DNA of 61,112 nt, the filler included, from Hausera hauseri (taxonomy: Eukaryota): assembly GCA_046269625.1 (NCBI GenBank). It is 10 parts of 10 records of this genome, joined end to end, with 100 filler letters (N's around TTAATTAATTAA, not from the genome) between each part and the next. Parts side by side here need not be neighbours in the genome. Positions count along the whole stretch, not along the records: positions 37,336 to 43,600 come from JBJURY010119542.1; positions 43,701 to 51,381 come from JBJURY010000348.1; 8 more parts are not named here. One strand, 5' to 3'. Under the pieces are notes generated by a model, which worked only from the letters and a program-made list of their open reading frames with translations, was not told the DNA's origin and made no database searches. The stretch's first letter is position 1; every line of letters begins with the position of its first letter. Below are positions 37,646 to 47,776 of this stretch, piece after piece. The position numbers were made by a program, and so were the translations under genes.

Positions 37646-39241
37646 ATGTCCTTCGAGAGAGCGTTCAGAAGATGCGCGGGGTGCGAGTTCGGCGTCATCC
37701 TGCAAGCCGACAAGCACCCTCTCTGCGAGGCGTGTTTGGGACCCGAGCACGCCCAGCATGCGATGACCCAGCATCCCGCGTGCCCAGCTTGCCGGCTCCT
37801 GACTGAAGAGGAGAAGGAGCGCCGGTTCGACCTCCTTGTTCGAGCGGCAGCGGAGGGCCAACCGAAGGTGGACGTCCCGCCTAGCTTGTGGTTTATGGAG
37901 GCGGCGGATTATGCGTCCACGGGGGTAGCTAGCGAGGCCGGTCCGTCCCCCGCTGGAGGGTCGGGTCCGGTCTCTCCCTTCATCCACCAGCCGGAAGGAG
38001 CTAGCCGCCGTGTCGCCCCACTTCTGTCGAAGTGCGCGGGGCCGGCCTTACCCCCCATCGAGGGAGAAGTCGTGTTCGACGGCACGGCCGCCACGACCAA
38101 CGCGCTGGGCCCAGCCGGCCCAGTTGAAGAATCTGATTCGGCGCCCCTTGGGGGGTTCACCTTGCAGTCCTGCAGCAGCCGAGCACCGTCTCCTGAAGGC
38201 GGGAGCCAGGCTACACCCGACAGAGAGGAGCAGGACCCGCACGCCAACCTCATCCACGCGCTGCCTGACTTGATCAAGTGGGCGGCGAACACGTGCGGCA
38301 TGAAGGTCCCTGAAGGCATCACGCAGACGCCTGCGCCATCACTCCTGACAGGGAGGTTCGTTTCGAAGTCCGGGAGCCAGTCACAGGTGGTTTGGCCGTG
38401 TGTTCCGGACATTCTGTCCCTGATTCAAGCAGAGGGAGCCGAGCCTTTGAAAATGAGGGCCCCTGTGTCGGCTTTCGTTCCGGCTACCAGGGTCCAGGGG
38501 CTGACGGACCAGACCTTCCCGCCGGTTCCGCCGTTGGAGCACAACCTGTCTGCTGTGTTCGGCCTGAAGCCAGCGAAACATGTGGGGAAGCCTGCGGCGC
38601 CTCCCTCTTCTGCTGACCAGTTCACGGCGAAGATCCACGACCGCATCCACAGGTGCGCTTCGCAGGTTGGTGCAGCAGCGAACAATGTGGCGCTTCTGGC
38701 GATCGGCGCCGGGCGGGACCCGACGAGCGAAATGGCTGGAGCCGCTCTCGACGCCGTCACTAACCTGTGCGCTGTGCTGGCGACCTGCTCGGCGAGAATT
38801 TCAGCGTGGGCCACGCTGCTCCAGCGGCAGGTGTGGCTCAGACTGTCCCCCAACATTCCGGAGGAGGTCAAGAAGCAGCTCCTGGAGGGTCCGATCGCAC
38901 CAGATGGTCTTTTTGGGGCGCACTTCCAGACTGTCCTGGACCAGCTTCGCTTGTCCTCGGAGGCGCTGGAGCAGGTGAAAAAACACGCGACAACGCCCCG
39001 GTCAGACCCTCGCAACGCACGTGGACCTCTGCGATTCAGGGAGCAGAGCAGGACCTTCCGGAGTCAGCAGAGACGTCTGTCCCCGTCGAGGACTTTCGCC
39101 ACGCCTCAGGCCCCTGCCCCAGCTAGAGGGCACCCGGCGCAGTCCTACAACAGGCCCGGGAGCTCTAGAGGGAAGGGCCGCCATCAAGCTCCCTGGACTG
39201 GCCAGTATCAGGGTGTTAAAAGAGACTTGAATAAGAAGTGA
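37646..39241 (+). CDS. gag: DIRS1 ORF1 Gag-like protein
   Basis: 531 aa. N-terminal CxxC..D.H..CxxCLG.EH..CxxC and the QRQVWL..P.....LFG block typical of DIRS Gag. Confidence 0.9.
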   Translation: MSFERAFRRCAGCEFGVILQADKHPLCEACLGPEHAQHAMTQHPACPACRLLTEEEKERRFDLLVRAAAEGQPKVDVPPSLWFMEAADYASTGVASEAGPSPAGGSGPVSPFIHQPEGASRRVAPLLSKCAGPALPPIEGEVVFDGTAATTNALGPAGPVEESDSAPLGGFTLQSCSSRAPSPEGGSQATPDREEQDPHANLIHALPDLIKWAANTCGMKVPEGITQTPAPSLLTGRFVSKSGSQSQVVWPCVPDILSLIQAEGAEPLKMRAPVSAFVPATRVQGLTDQTFPPVPPLEHNLSAVFGLKPAKHVGKPAAPPSSADQFTAKIHDRIHRCASQVGAAANNVALLAIGAGRDPTSEMAGAALDAVTNLCAVLATCSARISAWATLLQRQVWLRLSPNIPEEVKKQLLEGPIAPDGLFGAHFQTVLDQLRLSSEALEQVKKHATTPRSDPRNARGPLRFREQSRTFRSQQRRLSPSRTFATPQAPAPARGHPAQSYNRPGSSRGKGRHQAPWTGQYQGVKRDLNKK

Positions 39242-39256
39242 CGGTGTGCAGGAGGT

Positions 39257-42200
39257 GTGTTCGACATTGTGTCTGATGTTACAAATAAAGAAATTGTCAA
39301 CACAGATGATGTTTTTTATTTAAACATGTCGACGGCCTTTTTTCCGAGGTCCGTGAATGCACCTCCAAACACAGGTAACTCAGAACCGTTTAAAAGAGTT
39401 GGTCAAGTTTCTACTCTTGTTCATTCGGTTAATTCTCATGAGCCTGGCTTGGACGCCTCTGCTCCAGCCAGGACTTTCTCGTCTTTCTCCCAGGTCTCAC
39501 AGTTTTCGGGTAAAATTGAATTTTCACCGCAAACGTGCGTCTCATGCTTACAGGGTTCATACGTGTGTCAGTGCTGCACCCCTATGGCGACACCCTGTCA
39601 GCGTCCCTTTCCAGTCTCGCCTCCCTTGGGCCAATGCGGACCCTGTCCACTTGGCGGCGGTAGAGGCCAGTCTATCTTTTTTCATGCAACAGAACCCTCT
39701 GGCCAAACCATTGACAGAATACAGTGCAGCTTGGTTTCAAACGTGTTCCTTGAACAACTGGCTGCGGCGTCTGATCCGCAACGGTTACGCCCTGCAGTTT
39801 GCAGAGACGCCTCCCAAGTTCAATGGAGTTTTGGAAACAAAACTCACATCCCCTGCACAGGGTCAGGCGCTGCAGTTGGAACTTCAGGAACTTTTGGCAA
39901 AACACGTCATTTCCGGGGTCGCTCCGGGCGAGGAAATGATCGGTTTTTATTCAAGATATTTCCTGGTTCCAAAGAAATCGGGCGGACTCAGACCGATTTT
40001 GGACTTGTCAAAATTCAACAAATATATCATGAAACGGCCGTTTCATATGTTGACGGTGAAACGCGTTCTCGAGAATGTGACGTCAGGGGACTGGTTCGTC
40101 TCAATCGATCTCAGAGACGCGTACTTTCACATACCGATCGTCCCCAAACACAGGAAGTTCCTCAGGTTTGCTTTTCAGGGAACTTGTTACGAGTTCAATC
40201 GCCTGCCGTTCGGGTACGCTCTTGCACCGAGGACCTTCACGAAGGTCATCGAGGCGGCGTTACAACCGCTGCGTTCAAGGGGAATCAGGATCCTCTATTA
40301 CATCGACGATCTGTTGCTTCTGTCTCGCTCCAAGGAGGAGGCCGCTGCACAGACGGTGATTCTGGTGAGTCATCTGTCCCGTTTAGGTTTTGCCATAAAC
40401 TGGGACAAAAGCTCTGTGTCTCCGGCTCAACAGATAGTTTTCCTGGGAATCAACCTGTGCTCCAGGACCATGACGGCTGTCCTATCGGACCAGAGGAAGG
40501 ACGCGATTACGTCACTCCTTCAGCGCGTCCGCCCCCACAGGTCAGTTACGGCGATCACAATTATGCGGCTGTTAGGACTGATGGCCTCCGGGCATGTGGT
40601 GGTAAAATTGGGCCTTTTACACATGCGGAGGCTACAGAGGTGGTTTATCCGTCAGAAGATAGACCCGGTGCGTCACAAAAGTCGCCGGCTCACGGTCCCC
40701 CCCTCAGTGGGAGGGGACCTGGTGTTCTGGGAAAACCCCAGGTCTCTGTCTGTCGGGGTTTCCCTGGGCAAAGTGACGTCATTCAGGACAGTTTTCACCG
40801 ACGCGTCCCTTTCCGGATGGGGGGGCACATGTCAGTCTCAGACTGTGGGCGGGACGTGGCGGCCTGGCACGTCCCTCCACATCAACGTGTTGGAACTGTT
40901 GACAGTTTTCATCGTTCTGAAACATTTTGTTCAGATGCTGCGAGGCCAGGATGTTCTCGTTCACACGGACAACAGAGCAGCCGCAGCCTATATAAACCGC
41001 GAGGGCGGGGTGCGTTCGGCCCAGTTGTTAGACACAGCCAGAACGTTGCTTTGTTGGGCACATGTTCACCTGAAATCACTGAGGGCTGTTTACATCCCGG
41101 GCGTTCAGAACAGAGGGGCGGACATCATGTCAAGGGGGGGCCCCTCGGACAGAGATTGGAGGCTGCATCCGGATATCTGCTCACAAATTTGGAGCAGGTT
41201 CGGGAGGGCGGAGGTGGACTTGTTTGCTACACGGGAGAACGCACAGTGTCCCCTGTTCTTCTCCCTGAGTCCCCTCGACAACCCACCGTTAGGAGTGGAT
41301 GCCTTCGCCCACAGTCCTTGGCCAAGGACATTGAATTATGCGTTTCCACCGGTCGCTCTGTTAACAGCTCTGTTGGAAAGGGTAAGGCAGGAGGGCTTAT
41401 CAGTGATTCTGATTGCCCCAGAGCGTGTGAATGCACCGTGGTTTCCCATCCTGCAGCAGTTAGCAGGCCGAGCTTGGAGGCTTCCTTGGAGGGAAGACGC
41501 TCTTCTGCAAGCGGGGGGAGTAATAAAGAGCTACCCGATGGTAGGCCAACAATTGTGGGCCTGGATGCTGAACGACAGCGTTTAGAATCCCTTGGTTTTT
41601 CTAAAGAGGTCATTAAAACCATCCAAGTTTCACGTGCTCAGTCTACGACAACTGTTTACGCATCGAAGTGGTCTGCTTTTCAGCGTTGGTGCATAGAAAG
41701 GCATCTGGACCCATGTTCATGCCACCTGGGTTCCATTTTGTCTTTTTTACAGTTACTATTGGACAGAAACCTGGCTTTCAGCACTGTCAAAACATATGCT
41801 GCAGCAATTTCGTCTTGTCATGAGGGTTTTAATGATAGAACAGTGTTTAGTCACCCCCTGATGAAACGTTTTTTGAAGGGTGCACGCCGTCTCAGACCGG
41901 TTTTCCGCACTCTGGCTCCTCAATGGGACCTAGTCACGGTGTTAAACTCTCTAACTAAAGGTCCTTTTGAGCCACTGAATGACGTTCCAATGAAGTTCTT
42001 GTCATTTAAAACTGCTATGTTGCTAGCTCTTACTTCAGCTAAGAGAGTGAGTGATCTTTCTGGACTGTCTGTGTCTCCTTCTTTCTTGAAAATTCAGGGA
42101 GATGGAAGTTCTGCTGAGCTCAGGCCTAATCCAGCGTTTATCCCAAAGGTCATAACGAGCTCATTCTCATCCAGAATCATCACTCTGGATGGGTTTTGCC

Positions 42201-42610
42201 TTCCTCCTCACACCAAGCCGGAGGAGGAGCAGCTACATTTGCTTTGTCCAGTTCGAGCTCTCAGATGTTATGTGGTACGCACAGCTGCGGTACGTAAATC
42301 TGATAGGCTCTTTGTACATTTCAGAGGTCGTTCTCAGGGTCAGCCCTTGACCCCTCAACGGTTGTCTCATTGGTTGTGTGAGACCATCTCACAGGCCTAC
42401 AGTTCTGCTGGCTTACAGCCTCCTGACGGCATTAAAGCTCATTCTACCCGAGGGGTAGCGACTTCTACGGCTTTGCTCAGTGGCCTCTCAGTTCAGGAGA
42501 TCTGCTCTGCGGCCTCTTGGTCGTCAGCGACCCCATTTATCCGTTTTTATTTGAGAGATGTTTCCAGCTCCTCTTTGACACATTCTGTTCTCAGGGTTGC
42601 AGCGGAATAA
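39257..42610 (+). CDS. DIRS1 tyrosine recombinase ORF, with a long N-terminal part overlapping RT
   Basis: YR domain from about 41570: LALTSAKRVSDL, LCPVRAL, HSTR, ASWSS..F.RFY. The listed start is a GTG; the true start is uncertain. Confidence 0.88.
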   Translation: MFDIVSDVTNKEIVNTDDVFYLNMSTAFFPRSVNAPPNTGNSEPFKRVGQVSTLVHSVNSHEPGLDASAPARTFSSFSQVSQFSGKIEFSPQTCVSCLQGSYVCQCCTPMATPCQRPFPVSPPLGQCGPCPLGGGRGQSIFFHATEPSGQTIDRIQCSLVSNVFLEQLAAASDPQRLRPAVCRDASQVQWSFGNKTHIPCTGSGAAVGTSGTFGKTRHFRGRSGRGNDRFLFKIFPGSKEIGRTQTDFGLVKIQQIYHETAVSYVDGETRSRECDVRGLVRLNRSQRRVLSHTDRPQTQEVPQVCFSGNLLRVQSPAVRVRSCTEDLHEGHRGGVTTAAFKGNQDPLLHRRSVASVSLQGGGRCTDGDSGESSVPFRFCHKLGQKLCVSGSTDSFPGNQPVLQDHDGCPIGPEEGRDYVTPSARPPPQVSYGDHNYAAVRTDGLRACGGKIGPFTHAEATEVVYPSEDRPGASQKSPAHGPPLSGRGPGVLGKPQVSVCRGFPGQSDVIQDSFHRRVPFRMGGHMSVSDCGRDVAAWHVPPHQRVGTVDSFHRSETFCSDAARPGCSRSHGQQSSRSLYKPRGRGAFGPVVRHSQNVALLGTCSPEITEGCLHPGRSEQRGGHHVKGGPLGQRLEAASGYLLTNLEQVREGGGGLVCYTGERTVSPVLLPESPRQPTVRSGCLRPQSLAKDIELCVSTGRSVNSSVGKGKAGGLISDSDCPRACECTVVSHPAAVSRPSLEASLEGRRSSASGGSNKELPDGRPTIVGLDAERQRLESLGFSKEVIKTIQVSRAQSTTTVYASKWSAFQRWCIERHLDPCSCHLGSILSFLQLLLDRNLAFSTVKTYAAAISSCHEGFNDRTVFSHPLMKRFLKGARRLRPVFRTLAPQWDLVTVLNSLTKGPFEPLNDVPMKFLSFKTAMLLALTSAKRVSDLSGLSVSPSFLKIQGDGSSAELRPNPAFIPKVITSSFSSRIITLDGFCLPPHTKPEEEQLHLLCPVRALRCYVVRTAAVRKSDRLFVHFRGRSQGQPLTPQRLSHWLCETISQAYSSAGLQPPDGIKAHSTRGVATSTALLSGLSVQEICSAASWSSATPFIRFYLRDVSSSSLTHSVLRVAAE
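39357..41585 (+). CDS. pol: DIRS1 reverse transcriptase - RNase H - DNA adenine methyltransferase-like protein
   Basis: RPILDL, IDLRDAY, LPFG, YIDD (RT); TDAS..GWG, HINVLEL, TDN (RNase H); VDLFA...YAFPP (MT-like). Confidence 0.95.
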   Translation: MHLQTQVTQNRLKELVKFLLLFIRLILMSLAWTPLLQPGLSRLSPRSHSFRVKLNFHRKRASHAYRVHTCVSAAPLWRHPVSVPFQSRLPWANADPVHLAAVEASLSFFMQQNPLAKPLTEYSAAWFQTCSLNNWLRRLIRNGYALQFAETPPKFNGVLETKLTSPAQGQALQLELQELLAKHVISGVAPGEEMIGFYSRYFLVPKKSGGLRPILDLSKFNKYIMKRPFHMLTVKRVLENVTSGDWFVSIDLRDAYFHIPIVPKHRKFLRFAFQGTCYEFNRLPFGYALAPRTFTKVIEAALQPLRSRGIRILYYIDDLLLLSRSKEEAAAQTVILVSHLSRLGFAINWDKSSVSPAQQIVFLGINLCSRTMTAVLSDQRKDAITSLLQRVRPHRSVTAITIMRLLGLMASGHVVVKLGLLHMRRLQRWFIRQKIDPVRHKSRRLTVPPSVGGDLVFWENPRSLSVGVSLGKVTSFRTVFTDASLSGWGGTCQSQTVGGTWRPGTSLHINVLELLTVFIVLKHFVQMLRGQDVLVHTDNRAAAAYINREGGVRSAQLLDTARTLLCWAHVHLKSLRAVYIPGVQNRGADIMSRGGPSDRDWRLHPDICSQIWSRFGRAEVDLFATRENAQCPLFFSLSPLDNPPLGVDAFAHSPWPRTLNYAFPPVALLTALLERVRQEGLSVILIAPERVNAPWFPILQQLAGRAWRLPWREDALLQAGGVIKSYPMVGQQLWAWMLNDSV

Positions 42611-42863
42611 GGTGTTTTCTCTTGCCATTATCAATAAAAATTTTGATTAAATGGCACACTTGTTTCTTGTCCTTCTTTAAAGGGTTTTTCAGGTCTGGCG
42701 TTTCTTTCAATTTGAACGTTCGCTGGTCCTGATGCTGTACATCTCTTGACGTACGCTCTTTTTCAGCTTTAGCTGTTCACCTGCTTTCATCTTCTGGGTC
42801 ACGGTTGTCAGATTGGTTCCAGTTAGACCCAGTGAGGCATGGACCATATCTTGCTCCGCCTTT

Positions 42864-42966
42864 AACCCAATAGGTGTGGCTTAAAGGGCGTAGCCTACAT
42901 GAAATAGAACGTTGGTTACGTATTGTAACCCCAGATTCTATGAGTGTAGGCGTAGCCCTTTAAGCC
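42864..42966 (+). repeat. DIRS1 internal complementary region (ICR)
   Basis: Copy of the outer ITR end, then the GGTTAC...GTAACC hairpin, then a partial ITR copy. Confidence 0.9.
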
Positions 42967-43013
42967 CTTAGGCCTCACTGGCTCCCTTGGCTTAAAATTT
43001 TTTACTTTTTCTA

Positions 43014-43169
43014 TTGGGAGCAGTACCTCGGTCTGTGGCTGTTTATATAGTAGACCGGGTGTGGCCCACAGCAGGTGGGCGTGGACTAGAAGTTTTCAGT
43101 GTTGGCGCGAAGCGCAGGGATGAACCCAATAGGTGTGGCTTAAAGGGCGTAGCCTACATGAAATAGAAC
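43014..43169 (+). repeat. DIRS1 right inverted terminal repeat
   Basis: Reverse complement of 37458-37613; ends GAAATAGAAC. Confidence 0.92.
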
Positions 43170-43600
43170 TTTTTAGTTATCTTGCTTTGCTAGCAAAGTC
43201 GTTAGCTAGCAGTTAGCTAATAGAGTATTGCACAACAACAACAGCCTACTGTCTGTATGATAAAAATACTGAATCGGTAGATAAGAACAGTTTTTTCTCA
43301 CCTGGCTGTCTCCTCCCGCTCAGTAGTTCTTCAGAGAAGTCTACTCCACTTTACCAAAAATTAATTAAGTCACCAAAAACTGTTCCGCAATCTGGAACGT
43401 TCGCTACATTGAGCTCTGCAGTTAACCACCTTATCCCACTGTGTGAGAGGCAATTGCGTCGTGCGTCACAGGCAAAAGGTCAAAGGTAACAAGGTGACAG
43501 GAGGGCTTATTATGTTGTTTTTCTTGCAAAATAATAATAAAAAAAAAACATAAAAAAAACCCAAATAATTTTAGTACATGTTATTATGTGTCAGAGAAGG

Positions 43601-43700
43601 NNNNNNNNNNNNNNNNNNNNNNNNNNNNNNNNNNNNNNNNNNNNTTAATTAATTAANNNNNNNNNNNNNNNNNNNNNNNNNNNNNNNNNNNNNNNNNNNN
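43601..43700. other. Artificial contig spacer
   Basis: N44-TTAATTAATTAA-N44. Confidence 0.99.
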
Positions 43701-43934
43701 TGCTCTATCGATTAGCACTTTGTCCCGATCGATTCGATCAATAGTGCACTGTGCAGCGATCGATAAGTGAAAAGTACAAAAGTGCTCTTGGCAACGGTGC
43801 CCAGCGGCACCGTCGCTAGGCACTTTATGGATCGATAGTACACAGTGCGTACTATCGATCGGCACATGTGCAAAATTGATTTATCGATTATCCCCCCCTC
43901 CGGGGTCTGGCAGAACCGCCATTTTCACACTACT
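43701..43934 (-). mobile_element. Polinton/Maverick-like terminal inverted repeat (ends ACTACT)
   Basis: Canonical AGTAGT terminus on the minus strand; homologous to 5697-5880; contains internal hairpins. Confidence 0.65.
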
Positions 43935-44532
43935 CATGTCTACTAGGAACTTCTATAACATTTGCAAATTTAGTAAATTGACTTCGATAATAATTTCCTG
44001 CCTTTTTTATTAGTTTGAGATATACATAGTGCATTCCTGATTTTTCTATAACAAATTGTGCTTCATTTATCCATGGATGGAGTAAGCAATCATACTTTCG
44101 TTCACTAGGGTTCCTCTGACCGTCATCGTAGGATATTATCTGTGTTCTTATCATGTGTTTGGTAGTTATTGGTATAAAGTATGCCAGATGATACATTTTG
44201 ACCCTTCTTTGAATATGTCACTCGGTATCGTAAAATCTTTAATAACAAATCTTCCTTTATACCTATAGCATGTCGAATTTTTGCTCGTCATATATCCTGT
44301 TTTGTCATTTGACTTAAAACTGGCGGAATAAGCATGAGGAAAATTATTACAAAGTATTTTCTTATGCTATAAAATTCCCGTGTTCGCTTAACTCTTAGTA
44401 TCTTTTCGCTAATGCATCTCAGTAAATATTGTTTATCTTTTCTAAGCTCACTTTCTCTGGCTGCCGGTTGCCATCTATTAACAAGAACCTTGAGAGCGAC
44501 GTTATTTTTCTTTAGACAAATGTCGGGTAAGT

Positions 44533-47479
44533 CTACTTTTCTACTTCGTATGGTCCTTTGTATGGTCTATCTAACTTTGATGTTTTACCTTTTTTATCTA
44601 GTGGAGTATATAACCTCATTTTGCCTCCTACTTTGATTTTAGGTTTTTTTGTCTTTGCATCATAGTATTTCTTACATTTCTGCTTACAGCTCCTTTGATT
44701 AACTTTTATTACTTTGTATGCTAATTGGATACGCTCTTGCATTAGTTGTTTATACTCCTCTACTTCCATTAAATGTGAGGTGGGTTTTACATTAACATCT
44801 AAATCAATGGGTAAAAGCGCATCGCGTAAATACATTAAATAGGAGGGCGTTTCTTTAGTAGCTTCATGTACTGACGTTCGATTTACAAAAACACATGCAT
44901 TAAGGTATTCATCCCAATTATCTTGTATGGTATTCACTACTGTTTGTAACTTCCCTTTCAAGTCTCCAATATATCTCTCAACCATTCCGTTATTATTAGG
45001 GTGTTTGGGTGTAGATAGTAATTTCAATAGTCTCATAATATCATATATTGCTTGCATTGCAATTTCGGGTAAATTTGACGCTTATTCAGTTAACAGAATT
45101 CTCGGGGCTCCGTAGTTGAGTGCTATATTCTCTACAAATTTTTCAGCGATTGTATTTGCCTTCATATCAGCCATAGGTAGGGTCACAACCCAACGAGTAA
45201 AATAGTCAATAAAGACCAAAAATATCTATTTCCATTTCTTGTTAATGGTAGCGGTCCTGATATAACCATTGCGGTGAACTCAAATCGTGCTGGACGGTTG
45301 TCCCATACTTTGAGGGACGCTTTGTATTTTGATTTCGTATTCTTTCGGGTGGCACAGAGTTTACAACTATCACACCATTCTTGTACATCTTTTGTTATCA
45401 TTGGCTAAAAGTACTTACGTTTTAATTTATTCAGTGCCTTACTTGCTTATTGGCGTCGACCCAGTAATCCGTCATGGGTTAATAGAACTGCTCTACTTTT
45501 TTGGCATCACTAAGGCGGGTCAGTTTTTGGTGAATAAAATATAAAAATCCTTCCTTTTCGTCATATGCTTCGCGGAATCGGGCCAAGTGACAAGCTAATT
45601 TTTATCGGTTGTTACCTTTTTATCTCTTATATACTTCTTGATGGCTCCTATTTCCGTGTCTTCGTTTTGGCTTGCCCTAATTTTCTCCACGGATCCATCC
45701 ATACTCCATACCGCTGCCACCACTGCCTTTTCTGTTTCTGGTTTGGTGGGCATGCTGGATAAATAATTTGCATTTGCATTTCGTGATCCATGTTCATATT
45801 GGAAATTCAATGTATAAGGCTGTAACTTTAAAGCCCATCGTAGCAGTCTACTATTTGGATTCTCATGTTGTTTGAACCATGTTGTTCCATCCTCGCCCTT
45901 TTGTGACAACACTGCTCCTACTCCATAATCGCTCGCGTCGGTTGCTAAGATAAATGGTTTGGTCATGTCAGGATAGACCAATATTGGAGCTGTTAATAAT
46001 CTATCTTTGAGATATTCAAAGGTTTTTTGACACTCATTTCGCCACAATACTTTTCCAGATCTTCAGGCAGTAGTTCGTATAAGGGCTTTGGAATTTTGCT
46101 AAAATCCTTAATGAATCTTCGATAATAGTTGGCTAGACCTAGGAACCGACGTAATTCTTTAACTGTACTTGGTTTTGGGAAGTCTCTTATTTTTCCTAAT
46201 AGTTTATCTTGAGGTTTTACACTGTCTATCGACTCGATGTCTGAGGAAGTCTACTTGGGCTTGAGCAAATGAACATTTCTTGGGGTTTATCTTTAGGCCC
46301 ATGATTTCGCATCTATCGAATAAGAACTATAGGTCCTTTAAATGTTGTTGAAAATTTGGTGGTGCCATTATCACATCATCAATATACATCATGGCGTGCA
46401 GTGCATCTAATAATAAGAGTTTCGTCTCTCTCTGGAATGTTGGCGGCCTATTCTTCAACCCGAATGGCATTCAATTAAATTCCAATATTTTTTCACCAAT
46501 TGAGAAGGATGTCTTTGGTTTATCTTCTTCCTTTACCTCCACCTGCCAGTAGCCTTCTTGTAAGTCAATGGTCGTAAATATCGTCGATCCATGTAATTTG
46601 TCTAATATCTTGACAATTCGTGGTAATGGATAAGTATTAATTTCAGTTATCTCGTTCAATGCTCTATAGTCTATGTAAAATCTCATTGTACCATCTTTCT
46701 TTTTAACCATTACTACTGGGGCTGTCCATGGGGAACAACTTTGTCGAATTATTTTATTTTTCCTCATTTCTTTTATTATCTTTCGCGCTTCCTGCTTTTT
46801 ATCAGATGCTAATCGATATGACCTTTTCTTTAATGGTTTATCTTGTCCCCCTTTTAGCTTAATAGTTTTTTGGATTATATTCATAGTCATTTTGCGCAAA
46901 CCGACTGCTGTTTTTCTCTAACTGTTTGATTAGCATCTTTCTTTCTTCCTTAGTCAACATCTCACATTTTTGTAGCTTCTCATCCCAATTAATATTGGTA
47001 GTTTTGATTCCTCCTTTGTCTCAGTCGGTTTCTTTCTTTAATTTTTCTGTCATTATTTTCTTTATCATATTCTCTATTATTATCGAGTTACTTTCTTCTT
47101 TTATTACTTCTTCGATAGTCGTTACTTTTCCTAATCTAGTGTGTTTTCGTATTAGTTTTTCTCTATTTGTTGCATTACAAATACTTAGATGGATTTTTCC
47201 ATTTCTTACTTTATCTACGTGTGGAGCAACCAATGCTTCATATTTTTTCATAACTTGTAGATACGGTTTGAAGGGGATCGCCTCAGGTAATAATTTACTT
47301 TGTATTTTTCCGGGTACCATTATCTCAGAACGTGGTGGAATTATAATATCTTTAATTAATAAAACCGTTTCTTCCTTTTGATTTTCACTTAAAGTCTTAA
47401 GTTGGCCTGTTCTCACATCTATATAAGCATTTTCTAACTGATTTAATATGTCGCATCCGATCAAAATTTCATTGGTTAA
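44533..47479 (-). mobile_element. Decayed Gypsy family C pol (PR tail-RT-RNaseH-IN)
   Basis: ILIGCDIL, SPWTAPVVMVKKKDG..RFYIDYRALN, YIDD, LATDASDYGVGAVL, NGMVER, KGPYEV. Truncated at 47479 by the insertion of another LTR element. Confidence 0.93.
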
Positions 47480-47539
47480 TGTGGTGCCCGCGCCGCCTGT
47501 TGCCCTCTGGCCCATTCGGTTGAGCACGACCGAGACCCT

Positions 47540-47722
47540 TAGATGTTTGTAAACTATTCCTCGAAAGTCTGCCTTTTGCGTCTTTGCCCAAACTATCAAG
47601 ATTCGCAGCGGATATTATTGCTCTTGTTCGATGTAGATTAATGAAACCAAATACAAATTATTCACATTTTTATCAAATTTCTGACGAATTTCGAAACCTT
47701 ATTCGAATATTTCAAACATCTA
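47540..47722. mobile_element. MITE-like insertion within the LTR
   Basis: Termini TAGATGTTTG(T)AAACTATTC and GAATATTTCAAACATCTA are inverted repeats. AT-rich block inside a GC-rich LTR; no clear TSD. Confidence 0.6.
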
Positions 47723-47776
47723 TACCCGACAACATTCCAATACGCGCGGTCGGAGGGGAAACTCTGGCACCCCGGA

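Larger units (their letters stand above)
37433..43169 (+). mobile_element. Full-length DIRS1-like tyrosine-recombinase retrotransposon (teleost-like)
   Basis: Three intact ORFs, inverted terminal repeats, an internal complementary region, and AAC at both junctions. Confidence 0.96.

Noticed and set aside
37909-39015. Long antisense ORFs within DIRS1 gag
   Set aside because: Expected in GC-rich coding DNA; no recognisable motifs.
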